Of a stretch of DNA of 64,000 nucleotides, positions 8,725-18,834 are shown piece after piece (within the stretch, counting starts at the first letter, position 1; the number at the start of each line of letters is the position of its first letter). The position numbers were made by a program, and so were the translations under genes. The DNA comes from an uncultured Bacilli bacterium (GTDB lineage: Bacteria; Bacillota_I; Bacilli_A; RF39; UBA660): assembly GCA_947629165.1 (NCBI GenBank), contig CANRCR010000001.1, positions 191,297-255,296 on the forward strand, given 5' to 3'. The notes below the pieces were generated by a model. It did not search any database. It worked only from the letters and a program-made list of their open reading frames with translations, and was not told the origin of the DNA.

Positions 8725-10935
8725 TTATTTCCTATGCAAAGGCTTTTTAATAAGAACTTCTCCATTATCACTTTGAATTATAATATCCCAATTGGTATCG
8801 AAGTAAGTATCTTCAAATTGAGGGCTATTTTCATTTCGGTAATGATTCTTTGGTATTACGTATTGAATCATTTTTTGTGATAAATTCCGTTGTATTATCC
8901 AAGATGGAGTAAATGGCAATGGATGCGATTTCGGTTTATCTACTGATTGCTTCATCCGACTCGGAATGTTTAACGAATAGATAAATTGTTTACTATCTGG
9001 TGTCATATCGAGAGTAATTTCTTCTTGCGCGAATTTTAAATATTTTTTTAATTCTTCGGTAGTTATTTGTTCCTCTTCTAGGACTTCTTTTAAGGTTTTT
9101 CCATCGAGGGACGCTATTAATTTATTTTGAAATTCATTTTGATTACTTCTTGCAGCGTTTTCAATTGTTATCATAAATTCATCTATTACTTCTTCAAAAC
9201 GCGTACTTTCAAGTGTTTGGGCATCCGTCACCAGTTGGACGAAGGCTTTTCCATATCCTAGATTGATAGCCATTCTTAACTGTTCGATGGCATATCGATA
9301 TTTGTTTGGATCTTTCAATAACTCTTCGTTACAATATACTCCACGGTAAGCCTTTTGAAAAGGTCTTTTTTGCGCAATAAATTCTTCGAAATCGATTACG
9401 ATTTGTTCGTATAGATTATCTTCATCGATAAGCTCTTTTCGAGTTAAAATTTGAACGATGGGTCCGGCGTCGGAGGCAATCATTTTATCTAAATTTGAAA
9501 CGATATTTAAAACATTTTCTCGTGTTTTCGGTCGTTTTAATAAATCCGTATTCATGGCAACCGACGCGATTTCTTTTCTTAAAAATTCTTTTTCTTCTTG
9601 GCACTCTTCCATTCGATTTAAGGCATCTACCCAAAGCGCATGTTCATTTCTTAATTCTTTTGCAAGTGCCATCGGAACGAAAGAAGATTCAAAATCTTTA
9701 CGATAAATTCCTTTTGCAACGAGCAAACTTGGTCGTTTAACGATTTCTTTCATCTCTTCGATCGTTAATGGAGAATCATTTCCAAACAATTCAACAAAAC
9801 CTTTTATACGATATTTTGAATATTTTATTAATAGGTCGGCAACTTGATCTGCTACCGCTTTATTTTCTTCTTTAGCTAAGACTTCATTTTCAAAAATAGA
9901 GCGAATTCCCGGCGCTTGACTAGTTTTGGCTTCGCAATCGTATAAAATATAGAACAATAAAAATTCGAATTGTCTCGGTTCTCGAATCGCCCATGTTTTC
10001 TTTAGTACTGTTTCCCAATCATAACAATCGATGGTATCCTTCATAAAATCGTATCGAAAATATTGAAAGGTATCCATAATTTTTTCTTTAAATAAAGCAC
10101 TTTGTACAGGACGATTTTGAAAATAAGTGGAATGAAGTAAGGATTCCATTTTATTTTTAGTTTCTTTATACTGATTTATAATGCGCTCGATATTATTTTC
10201 TTTCTTTAAACCGATTTGTTCTAGTAAAAAGCATTTTTCTTTTTCTGATAAGTCCTTATTTAAAAGTATAGGAATCCATTTATTTAATTGTTTTGAATCG
10301 ATGGGAGCATAAGTCATTTGCATTTTGGTTAAATAGTCCCATAATTTTGGTTGTGCTAATATAATAGGATTTAAAACGAAATTGATAAGCGTTCCTTGAT
10401 ATTCAGTTCTAGGACTATTCGCAATATACTTGGCATATTGTAATACTTTTTTAAAATCTATTTTAGAATTGGTATCTTTACCGATATCAAGAACAGGTCT
10501 TGTAAAAAATTGTTTTTTTTCTAGTTCTTGTAAAGTGGTACTCTTTTGGATACAATCGATATCATTTATTATTTGTTCTAAGTCGTTGAGATGGTCCTTT
10601 CCCATCATTAAGTTCCATAAATCTTCAGTATCTTCCATCGATACTTGAGATAAAGTATGAAACAAAATATTAATTTCTCTTTCAGAACAACTTGCTAATT
10701 TCATTTGTTGTTCGGGAGTAACCTTTATATTTACAGGAAGTTTTTCAAAATAATCTAATATCGTTGGATTCGTCACAATAGCCCTTCTCATTTCTTTTGT
10801 TAAAACATTAAAATGATTTTCGATGGTAAAGATTTCCTGAGCGGATAGTGACAATATTTTTTGCAATTCGTCCGGACTCAATATTTCCTCTTTTTCTATT
10901 CGATTTAAGATTCGTAATAATTGCTCTTTTTTCAT
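8725..10935 (-). CDS. hypothetical helical-repeat protein (736 aa)
   Basis: Long ORF with AAGGAG RBS; recurring hydrophobic-x-N/D-x-x-L-L units; probable paralog of 10974..12782. Confidence 0.8.
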   Translation of the reverse strand: MKKEQLLRILNRIEKEEILSPDELQKILSLSAQEIFTIENHFNVLTKEMRRAIVTNPTILDYFEKLPVNIKVTPEQQMKLASCSEREINILFHTLSQVSMEDTEDLWNLMMGKDHLNDLEQIINDIDCIQKSTTLQELEKKQFFTRPVLDIGKDTNSKIDFKKVLQYAKYIANSPRTEYQGTLINFVLNPIILAQPKLWDYLTKMQMTYAPIDSKQLNKWIPILLNKDLSEKEKCFLLEQIGLKKENNIERIINQYKETKNKMESLLHSTYFQNRPVQSALFKEKIMDTFQYFRYDFMKDTIDCYDWETVLKKTWAIREPRQFEFLLFYILYDCEAKTSQAPGIRSIFENEVLAKEENKAVADQVADLLIKYSKYRIKGFVELFGNDSPLTIEEMKEIVKRPSLLVAKGIYRKDFESSFVPMALAKELRNEHALWVDALNRMEECQEEKEFLRKEIASVAMNTDLLKRPKTRENVLNIVSNLDKMIASDAGPIVQILTRKELIDEDNLYEQIVIDFEEFIAQKRPFQKAYRGVYCNEELLKDPNKYRYAIEQLRMAINLGYGKAFVQLVTDAQTLESTRFEEVIDEFMITIENAARSNQNEFQNKLIASLDGKTLKEVLEEEQITTEELKKYLKFAQEEITLDMTPDSKQFIYSLNIPSRMKQSVDKPKSHPLPFTPSWIIQRNLSQKMIQYVIPKNHYRNENSPQFEDTYFDTNWDIIIQSDNGEVLIKKPLHRK

Positions 10936-10973
10936 AACGCATTCTCCTTTAATACTTCTTCCGAAGAATAAAC

Positions 10974-12782
10974 TTAATTATTTTTATGATTATTTCTTTC
11001 TTTGGATGGAATACTTGTTAATACTTTAATCATTGGAGTTGGTTCGATTGGAGTATCTTTTCCAATATCTTTATCTTCTACTTTTTCTAAATAAGAAAGT
11101 AGTGTCGATGGTGTAATTCCTTGGTCTTGAATAAATTCTCTTAAATTCTTTTCTTTTTCAAGCACTTCTCCGACGGCACAATAGATTGCTAATCCTTGCT
11201 CATAACTATCGGTACTGGCAATCTTTTCGAGTGTTTTACGCCATATTTCAGGAATATTTTGAAGACTTTTATCGTTGGCTGCGAACAAGTATGGGAAGGC
11301 ACTTTGTTTATCGATTACAAATCCTAGTTTTCGCAATATGTAATCGTAGGCCTCTTCCTTTTGAAGTAATTCTTGATCCGTTAAGAGTAATCGTAATTGC
11401 GTCATCTTTCTTAATTGACCCGTTTTACGACTCTTCTTTTCGGCACTTATGTAGGCTCTTACTGCTTTTTGATAACGCTTTTCGTTTTCTATTAATTTCG
11501 AACAAGTAAGTATTGGGAAGATGCTTTCAAGTTCTTCGAGCGTTAAGACTTTGGCTTCTTTTAAAGCTAAGTTTCTTAAATTATCGTGCGATAAAAGATT
11601 TTCATCACATAATAGTTTTACTAATAGGTCGCATTTCTTTGGATCTTTCTCTTTGATGATTAAATCGAGGGCATGATTTCTTTTTTCCGGATAGATTCGT
11701 AAGGCGTCATTTTCTGCTACCTGAAGGTAGGCTTTCATCGTCAATTCGTCCATATCGAAATCAAATTGTTTTAAAATGGGCTCTACTTCGGTTCTACTTA
11801 ATGGTCTTGGTAAATCGAGTAAATGAAGAAAAGAATGAATTAAGTCTTTTCGACCGAGGGTGGCATTTAAAATAATTTTATCACATAGTTCTTGGTAGCT
11901 TTCTTTGGATTGATAATAAAGTGGATTCATTAAAACGGTTAAGACGTCTTGATAGTTTAAATCTGGAATGATATTTATATCCTCGTAAAGCGGTAAAGTG
12001 GCACTTAATGTTTGTAATGCTTTTTCATAATTATCCGCATCTCTCATCAATTCTCTTGCTTCCGATATAGCAATAAAGGAATGAAATAAATCCGTTCTAT
12101 TTTTTTCAAAAGTTACGGCATCCACTGGTTGTTTTTCGATTTGATCGTACTTCTTAATAAAATGTTCTACAAAAGATACCCAATTTGTTTCGTTTTCGCC
12201 GAGGCTATCCGAATTAATACGGTCGGCTAAGGCATCAAATAAAAGATTGTTTTGATCTTTACTGGTTTTAATATAAATATCTTCGAGTGCTATAGCTAAC
12301 GTTTCATGGGCAAGTAAGGTTGGATTAGTAAATAGACGACATAAAAAAGGACTACTGGTCTTTCCGTAGGTGGCAATGTTTAATTTTTCCCAAATAGCAT
12401 CTCTTTTTAGTAATTCTGGATTCGTAAACAATTGTATATAGGTCTTATCTTTGTTTTCACTTAATCCTACAATCAATTGATTCCACGTATGAATTCCTTT
12501 TTGTAAAATGGGTGCTGCAAATAATTTTTGCTTGTCTTCTTCACTCACACCCTCTAAACTTTCTAATCTTTTCATTGTTTCATAGAAAATCTCTTCCTCT
12601 TCTTTATTTTTAATTAAATTCCATAGCAAACTTATATTTTTGTTTTTCGTTAAAACGATTGCTTCCTTTAACAAGGTTTCTTTTTCGGGTGGAAGTTGAA
12701 CAAGCATGGTATAAAATTCCATATCCATCGGTTTGTTTTCAGGTAAACTTTTTAAAATTTGTATTAATAGTCCTTTATTCAT
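10974..12782 (-). CDS. hypothetical helical-repeat protein (602 aa)
   Basis: Long ORF with AAGGAG RBS; ~35-aa units such as QLFTNPELL, RLFTNPTLL, KLLCDENLL, LLLTDQELL. Confidence 0.8.
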   Translation of the reverse strand: MNKGLLIQILKSLPENKPMDMEFYTMLVQLPPEKETLLKEAIVLTKNKNISLLWNLIKNKEEEEIFYETMKRLESLEGVSEEDKQKLFAAPILQKGIHTWNQLIVGLSENKDKTYIQLFTNPELLKRDAIWEKLNIATYGKTSSPFLCRLFTNPTLLAHETLAIALEDIYIKTSKDQNNLLFDALADRINSDSLGENETNWVSFVEHFIKKYDQIEKQPVDAVTFEKNRTDLFHSFIAISEARELMRDADNYEKALQTLSATLPLYEDINIIPDLNYQDVLTVLMNPLYYQSKESYQELCDKIILNATLGRKDLIHSFLHLLDLPRPLSRTEVEPILKQFDFDMDELTMKAYLQVAENDALRIYPEKRNHALDLIIKEKDPKKCDLLVKLLCDENLLSHDNLRNLALKEAKVLTLEELESIFPILTCSKLIENEKRYQKAVRAYISAEKKSRKTGQLRKMTQLRLLLTDQELLQKEEAYDYILRKLGFVIDKQSAFPYLFAANDKSLQNIPEIWRKTLEKIASTDSYEQGLAIYCAVGEVLEKEKNLREFIQDQGITPSTLLSYLEKVEDKDIGKDTPIEPTPMIKVLTSIPSKERNNHKNN

Positions 12783-12851
12783 TTTAGCATCTCCTTCATG
12801 TAATTATTTATTATAGGAGTGTTTCCTTTAAATAGCAAGAAAAAACACACA

Positions 12852-15398
12852 CTAAGGTGTGTTTTGAAGTGACTTTTCAAGATTTTGTAACGCTTTGTAT
12901 GCCGTAATTTTTTTAGATTCATTATGAGTTGTTTTTACTTCGGTAATTTGAGTCATGGCTAAAATGAATTGGGCTGTCGTTTCACATCCGATATTTAATG
13001 CTAATTGATAACTGTCTTTAGCACTTTGATAGGCTCTTAATATCGTATCAATATATTTTAATTGGAGACCATTTTTGGCTTCGTTTCGATAGGCAAACCA
13101 TTTCTTCTCTTCTCTTTCTAGTTGCATTTTAATGGCTAATTTTATATCTGAGAAAGAGGTATCTACTTCAAACGAACGAATGATCTGATTACAAAAGTTT
13201 AATACAAATTTAACTTCCTGAGTCTCAGAAGTAACATAATGGTTTTTTAGGGCATCCATTAATTTTATATTTTGTCTTCGAGCTTCGACCGGATGATATT
13301 GATCTAGATAGTGTAACTCATCGATTGGAATCGTTTTCTTGACTTCTTCATAAAACGTATTCATCTGTAATAAAGTATCACTTGCATGGGCATCGAGACC
13401 TAAAATAACTTTATTTTCGACTTCTTTTGCTTTTGCCCAGAACGGCGGATAAGGATACATATAAGCATGATCCGTTTCAGATATATTATTTCGTTCAATG
13501 GCGGCATAATTTAGTTCGAGTGGAATATCCATTTCTTTGGCTGCAGTACATATTTCGTCGAAAGCATGAAGGGCATTTTCAAAGAAAAGAGAACGTTGTT
13601 GCTCATTGGTAAAATCATCGCGAAATTGCATAAAGTAATCGGGATGAGCGACAAAATCATAGATACCACTTTTTATACCGGCGACTAAATTTTTAGCATA
13701 GTACGTTGGATAAAGCGGATCGACTAATACATATTTTTTCTTTTCTTCGTCGTACCGGAAACAATGCTTTTTTAATGGACTACCATCGATATGACCGGCG
13801 AGTACTAGATAATCTACTTCTTCTTTTAAATCGATCATATATTCTTCGAGAGATTCGTCGTATTCCGCTTCAAAGCCGATTAATATTTCGATTTGATCTT
13901 TGTATTTTTCTTTCAAAGCACGTAATTCATTTAGATAGGCATCTTTTTGTTCGAGCATCATGCGCATCGACGGATCTGGTTCGATAAAATAAGGTAATGG
14001 AACGTGATCTGAAAAACCTAATTGCTTCATTCCTGCTTGGATAGCTTTTTGAATATAATCCTCGGCTGGTTCGGAACTTGCATGTCCACAATATTTGGTA
14101 TGGGTATGATAATTAAATTTAGGTAGAGAAGTATTTATTTTAACGGGACGAGCCTGCCCTTTTTCAGAAACTTCGATTACCTCTTGTAAAGAAGTATCTA
14201 CGGGGATGCTTTCGGTTTCCTCCTCGTAATTTCCTCCATAGAGCGTGCCTACCTTCGTTCCAGCCGCTTGTACTTCCTCTAATATTTCACTCATATGTTT
14301 TGTCCATCCACCGATCGAAAAGGCATTTAAATGAATTCGTCCGAGCATGGTCATAAGACTTTCTAAAAACTTGTCTTTAACTTCTTTCTTTTTTTCTTTT
14401 AAAGTAGTTTCATTTTGATTTCCAATTTCATTATAAGGAATATATAATTCAAAATGATTTATTTCAAGAGGCCGATTTAATTGATCCATTTGGACTAAGA
14501 AATTCGTAATATCTTCTATTTTCGTATTCGTCGTCATTTTAAGATTGATTCCAATACGATCGATGGTTTTTACTTGTTGAATTAATGTTTGAGCGTTTTC
14601 TAAAAATTGTTTTTGGCTATTTATATCGATCGTAAACGGTTCTTGATAGATAAAGTCGACATTCGGTATTTTACGTTTTGCCTCATTTAAAAAATCTATA
14701 ATTTCTTCTAAAGTAAAGTAATTTCTAATTCCTTGATTCGGGTCTGAAAGATGGGTAATCGATAAGGTTCTTACTCGTTCTTTTCCTATCCGATACGGAA
14801 GTAAAGAAGCAATATAAGTAACGATTGTATTAAAGTAGTTTTTAAAATAGAGTTTCGCTTGTTCTTTCGGAAATTCGTTTAATCTTTTTAAATAACGCGC
14901 ATCGAATACACCTTCTATATTAATTCGAACATCTTTTTCTTTGGCAATCGTTTCAATCTTTTTTAAATCGGTTAAATCCATTACTCCCTGTTGGTCAACT
15001 TTTTCAAAACTTGCTTCTATACTTACATTAAACGCATTATATTTATCGAGTTCTTTTGCTAGTTTTTCAAACGTTTCATAGGTTGTTTCTCTAACTCCAA
15101 ACGTTGCTACCGTTGGCGTTTTTGCTCCTTTCGAATCTTGATAAGCTTTGATGCAGGCTTGTTTTAATAAAATAAAGTCTTCCATCGTAATAGTAGGTTG
15201 ATCGATTGGAAAAGAGACTTCTTTTATCGTACTCGTAATTTGTTTTAGTCGTTCAAATGTCGGCGCGGATGCGATGGCAAAAAGTTCTAGTTGGGGAAGT
15301 GTTACAGCCACACCCATGTTTTCTAATTGCAAATCAAAAAAGGATGATACCTCATCTAAACTTTGAAAAAATGCATTTTTTTTAGTTTCTTCTTTCAT
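12852..15398 (-). CDS. PHP (HisJ-like phosphoesterase) domain protein with N-terminal degenerate GH10-like barrel
   Basis: NYHTHTKYCGH, GFSDHVP, IGFEAEY, AHPD, LELN and GLDAH are PHP motifs. The N-terminal half follows the GH10 strand pattern. Start MKEETK at 15398 after GAGGG. Confidence 0.8.
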   Translation of the reverse strand: MKEETKKNAFFQSLDEVSSFFDLQLENMGVAVTLPQLELFAIASAPTFERLKQITSTIKEVSFPIDQPTITMEDFILLKQACIKAYQDSKGAKTPTVATFGVRETTYETFEKLAKELDKYNAFNVSIEASFEKVDQQGVMDLTDLKKIETIAKEKDVRINIEGVFDARYLKRLNEFPKEQAKLYFKNYFNTIVTYIASLLPYRIGKERVRTLSITHLSDPNQGIRNYFTLEEIIDFLNEAKRKIPNVDFIYQEPFTIDINSQKQFLENAQTLIQQVKTIDRIGINLKMTTNTKIEDITNFLVQMDQLNRPLEINHFELYIPYNEIGNQNETTLKEKKKEVKDKFLESLMTMLGRIHLNAFSIGGWTKHMSEILEEVQAAGTKVGTLYGGNYEEETESIPVDTSLQEVIEVSEKGQARPVKINTSLPKFNYHTHTKYCGHASSEPAEDYIQKAIQAGMKQLGFSDHVPLPYFIEPDPSMRMMLEQKDAYLNELRALKEKYKDQIEILIGFEAEYDESLEEYMIDLKEEVDYLVLAGHIDGSPLKKHCFRYDEEKKKYVLVDPLYPTYYAKNLVAGIKSGIYDFVAHPDYFMQFRDDFTNEQQRSLFFENALHAFDEICTAAKEMDIPLELNYAAIERNNISETDHAYMYPYPPFWAKAKEVENKVILGLDAHASDTLLQMNTFYEEVKKTIPIDELHYLDQYHPVEARRQNIKLMDALKNHYVTSETQEVKFVLNFCNQIIRSFEVDTSFSDIKLAIKMQLEREEKKWFAYRNEAKNGLQLKYIDTILRAYQSAKDSYQLALNIGCETTAQFILAMTQITEVKTTHNESKKITAYKALQNLEKSLQNTP

Positions 15399-15444
15399 AA
15401 TACCCTCTATTCTATAACGTAAGTATACCACAAATTTTAATACG

Positions 15445-15470
15445 AAAAAAGACCGAAACAGGTCTTTTTA
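15445..15470 (-). terminator. intrinsic terminator
   Basis: AAAAAGACC-gaaaca-GGTCTTTTT immediately after the small ORF stop. Confidence 0.6.
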
Positions 15471-15471
15471 C

Positions 15472-15642
15472 TTACATCATATTTTCCATACTTTTTGCAA
15501 CGTTTTTACTCATTTTGTTCATGTTTTTTTGTAGTGCGTGTGCTTCGGTTGGATTCTGATTTTTGAACATCATCCAAGCGCCGTATCCCATCGCTCCTAA
15601 AACAGCAAGTGAAATACCGGTTACCATCATACTCTTTTTCAT
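15472..15642 (-). CDS. small single-TM protein, YrzQ-like (56 aa; not in ORF track)
   Basis: MKKSMMVTGISLAVLGAMGYGAWMMFKNQNPTEAHALQKNMNKMSKNVAKSMENMM with GAGGTG RBS and downstream terminator; lies downstream of recD2 like yrzQ in Bacillus. Confidence 0.75.
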   Translation of the reverse strand: MKKSMMVTGISLAVLGAMGYGAWMMFKNQNPTEAHALQKNMNKMSKNVAKSMENMM

Positions 15643-15691
15643 CGTAATCACCTCTTATATTGAAAATATGATTTGGTATCAATACCATTTT

Positions 15692-15720
15692 TAGTATGGT
15701 AAAGATTCTTTAATTTATGC
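15692..15720 (-). promoter_or_regulatory. putative sigma-G (forespore) promoter
   Basis: GCATA-17 nt-CATACTA on the minus strand, upstream of the small ORF. Confidence 0.5.
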
Positions 15721-17902
15721 TCTTTTTCAACATTTCTTTTAAAGTGGTTCGACGATTATCTACTTCATTATGATGAATCGCTTGTTCGAAGGCATTAATT
15801 TCTCCGACAATTATTAATTTCTTTTTTGCTCTAGTAACGGCCGTATAGACTAGTTTTCGATAAAGCATTTTGTGATAACTTTTAACGATTGGCAGTACGA
15901 CATAATCGAATTCGCTTCCTTGCGATTTATGAATCGATATCGCATACGCGTGTTTAAATTTTTGAAACGAAGATGGCGCATATTCTACTGAATTACCATC
16001 AAAACTAATCGTAATCTTTTTTTTCTTTCCATTTTCGATCGATTCGATAATACCAATATCGCCATTAAATACATTTTCATCGGGCATGTTGGTTAACTGG
16101 ATTACTTTGTCTTGTTCGCGATAGGTAATTCCATTAATCAAAAGTTCTTTTTTATCAGTTGCTTTCGGATTAAAAAGATTTTGTAGTTCTTGATTTAATA
16201 TATCGATTCCATTTAACGTTTTATACATCGGTGCTAAAATTTGAAATTTTTTATAATCGGTTTCTTTATAGTCGGTACTAATTGAACGAATATTTTCACG
16301 GACATGATCTTCATCACAAGGAATAAAGGTTAAATCCTCTTGGACATTGAATAAGTTTTGATTTAGCGTATTTTGATTGATATCGTGAGCCAAACTAATA
16401 ATATTGGAATCTTCTCCTTGACGATAGAGTTGATTTAATCGTACGACGGGAATTACTTCACTTTCAATCATGTCTTTTAAAATTTGTCCTGGGCCAACAC
16501 TCGGTAATTGGTTTTCATCCCCTACTAAAATAATTTTAGTTCCTACGTAGAGTCCTTTTAAAAGATGATCGAATAAAAGGATATCTACCATACTCGTTTC
16601 GTCGATAATTACGATTTCAACATCACTTTTATTGTACTCATTAATTGCAAATTGATTCGTATCTTTGTTCCATTTTAAAAAGCGATGGATGGTTACGGCT
16701 TTGACGAGTGTCGATTCACTGATTCGTTTTGAGGCACGTCCCGTTGGAGCTAATAAGGCAATTTTTTCGATTAATTGCTGATAGGACCATTTATTTACTT
16801 TTTGATATAGTTCGGTAATGGCTTTAATAATCGTGGTTTTTCCCGTCCCGGGGCCACCAGTAATAATTAAGCAATTCTTGCATAAAGCATTTTTAATGGC
16901 CAGTTCTTGATCTTTGTTGTAATGGATATGCATCTCTTTTTCGGTCGCTTCTAAATGCTCATTTAAGTGTTGAATAGTTTTATCTTCTTGTTTTACTAGA
17001 TAATGGATTCGGTTGGCCACGTTGTTTTCGGCTTCGTACATTTTGGTAAGATAATATTTTTCATCTTTTTGAACAATTTTTAAATCAAGTATTAAGGTTT
17101 TTAAAGCCGCATTAAATTCTTCCACCGGAAGTGTTACTTGTAAAACTCTTTGTAAGTAATGATATATTTCTTCTTTTAATAAATAAGTGTGTCCAATTAA
17201 GTTCGATAACTCACTCATAACGTAGCCTATCGCTTCTTTTACCCGTCTTGGATCATCTTTCTTATATCCTTGTTTTAAGCATATTTGATCTACTTTTTTA
17301 AAACTTAATTCTTCGAGACGGTCGCGTACTGAATAGATGTTTTCTTCGATGATTTGACTTGTCTTTTCTCGATACTTTCGATAAATTAACATACTATCTT
17401 TCGTAGAAAAACCTAATTCGTTTAAAGCAATAATTATTTTATAACTCGATTCGTAATCCATTAACGTATCGTGTAATAAGGTCGCCTGTTTTTTGGTCAT
17501 CGTCGGGACTAAGAGCAAATCTTCTTCCGATTCTAAAATAATATTTAAGGTGTCTTTGCCAAATACATCGACAATTTTTTGGGCTTTCTTTTCGCCGATA
17601 CCTTTAAATAGACCACTGGATAAGAATTCGACAATACTATCTTTTTCTTCCGGTAATACGCGCTCATATCTAGTTACTTGGAACTGTTCCCCGTATCGTT
17701 CGTGCTCCATTAATTTTCCATAAAAGCAGTAGGTATCGTCTTCCGATAATTCGTGAAAATATCCGGTAAAGGTAATCGTTCGGTCGATATATTCAATTAG
17801 ATTTTCATCGTTCGTTTCTTTCACTTTAAAAATTCCGATATAGTAACCGGAATCACTTTGATAGATACTTTTTCGATAATTTCCTTTTATATATGTTTCC
17901 AT
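15710..17902 (-). CDS. recD2: ATP-dependent RecD-like helicase RecD2
   Basis: N-terminal OB/HhH region (GIGEKKAQKIV), ITGGPGTGKTT, APTGRAS, IIDETSM, AISIHKSQGSEF, VYTAVTRAK. Confidence 0.96.
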   Translation of the reverse strand: METYIKGNYRKSIYQSDSGYYIGIFKVKETNDENLIEYIDRTITFTGYFHELSEDDTYCFYGKLMEHERYGEQFQVTRYERVLPEEKDSIVEFLSSGLFKGIGEKKAQKIVDVFGKDTLNIILESEEDLLLVPTMTKKQATLLHDTLMDYESSYKIIIALNELGFSTKDSMLIYRKYREKTSQIIEENIYSVRDRLEELSFKKVDQICLKQGYKKDDPRRVKEAIGYVMSELSNLIGHTYLLKEEIYHYLQRVLQVTLPVEEFNAALKTLILDLKIVQKDEKYYLTKMYEAENNVANRIHYLVKQEDKTIQHLNEHLEATEKEMHIHYNKDQELAIKNALCKNCLIITGGPGTGKTTIIKAITELYQKVNKWSYQQLIEKIALLAPTGRASKRISESTLVKAVTIHRFLKWNKDTNQFAINEYNKSDVEIVIIDETSMVDILLFDHLLKGLYVGTKIILVGDENQLPSVGPGQILKDMIESEVIPVVRLNQLYRQGEDSNIISLAHDINQNTLNQNLFNVQEDLTFIPCDEDHVRENIRSISTDYKETDYKKFQILAPMYKTLNGIDILNQELQNLFNPKATDKKELLINGITYREQDKVIQLTNMPDENVFNGDIGIIESIENGKKKKITISFDGNSVEYAPSSFQKFKHAYAISIHKSQGSEFDYVVLPIVKSYHKMLYRKLVYTAVTRAKKKLIIVGEINAFEQAIHHNEVDNRRTTLKEMLKKSIN

Positions 17903-17978
17903 CGTACACCTTCTATTTTTATTATATCAAAGAATGAACTATTTTTCTTAAAAGCATTAAAAAAAGTACAAGGGTACT

Positions 17979-18818
17979 TTATTTAAATTGAATTGGACCT
18001 TTTTCATTTTTTAAAACGAGTGTTTTTTTATTTTTAGCATATCCAGGTAGTTCTCCTTCCAAAGGTCGGTCGGAATCAATTTCGAGGACACCATATTTGA
18101 TATTCTCTGGAAGGGATACTAGAATGCATCCTTCTTTGGCAATGGCACTTAAGCGTTCGATTATACTTCGCTCCACCTTAATACATCCTTGTTTTTTCAT
18201 TTTAATATTCACTTGATCACTTCTTAATTGTTCGGTTATGAAACTGCCGGTCTTTAATTTTCCTTCTACTTTATGGAAAGTACTTTGATCTTTGATTGAA
18301 ACTATTCCTTCCGTTCCTTCCAATTTTAAATCGTCACCTAAAAAGCGATGGAGTTTTAATCTTCCTTTTTCAAAAACAAAGTAACTTCCTTTTTGTACTT
18401 CACTATCCACTACTTTAAGTTTTAAAGTAGTTCCTTTAGCTTTTAGTTGTCGAAGCCGTGCATTTTGTATCCGAATTGTGCCATCGGTGGTACGAAGGAT
18501 TAAAGCTGTTTCTGGAAGATTTATTTGATCGACGAAGATGCGGCCCGAGGTAGTTTTAATTTTGATTGATTCGAGTGTTTTTTTATTTAAACAAAAGCGG
18601 ATTGTTCGATCATGTTTTTGATTGGGACTTAACTGATTTATTTCCTCTAGCGATTGCGTTTGGGTTAGGAAAAGTTGTCGGTTATAGAATTGGCAATCTA
18701 TTCCGAGTGGAAATATAAATTGTTCGCTTTCTTCGGTGGCTTTGATTTGCACATCAAAATCAATCGACGTAATATCGATTTCTTCAAGATTATTACATAC
18801 TTGCGCAATCGGAATCAA
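17979..18818 (-). CDS. DUF4097-like beta-strand repeat protein
   Basis: Repeated IKTTSGRI / LRTTDGTI / LKTGSF / LKNEKGPI units; no signal peptide. Confidence 0.6.
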   Translation of the reverse strand: MIPIAQVCNNLEEIDITSIDFDVQIKATEESEQFIFPLGIDCQFYNRQLFLTQTQSLEEINQLSPNQKHDRTIRFCLNKKTLESIKIKTTSGRIFVDQINLPETALILRTTDGTIRIQNARLRQLKAKGTTLKLKVVDSEVQKGSYFVFEKGRLKLHRFLGDDLKLEGTEGIVSIKDQSTFHKVEGKLKTGSFITEQLRSDQVNIKMKKQGCIKVERSIIERLSAIAKEGCILVSLPENIKYGVLEIDSDRPLEGELPGYAKNKKTLVLKNEKGPIQFK

Positions 18819-18834
18819 ATTACTTCCCTCTTTC

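Noticed and set aside
15506-15688. 60-aa ORF from the track
   Set aside because: The overlapping frame 15472..15642 has the RBS, a TM helix and a terminator, so it is the better gene.
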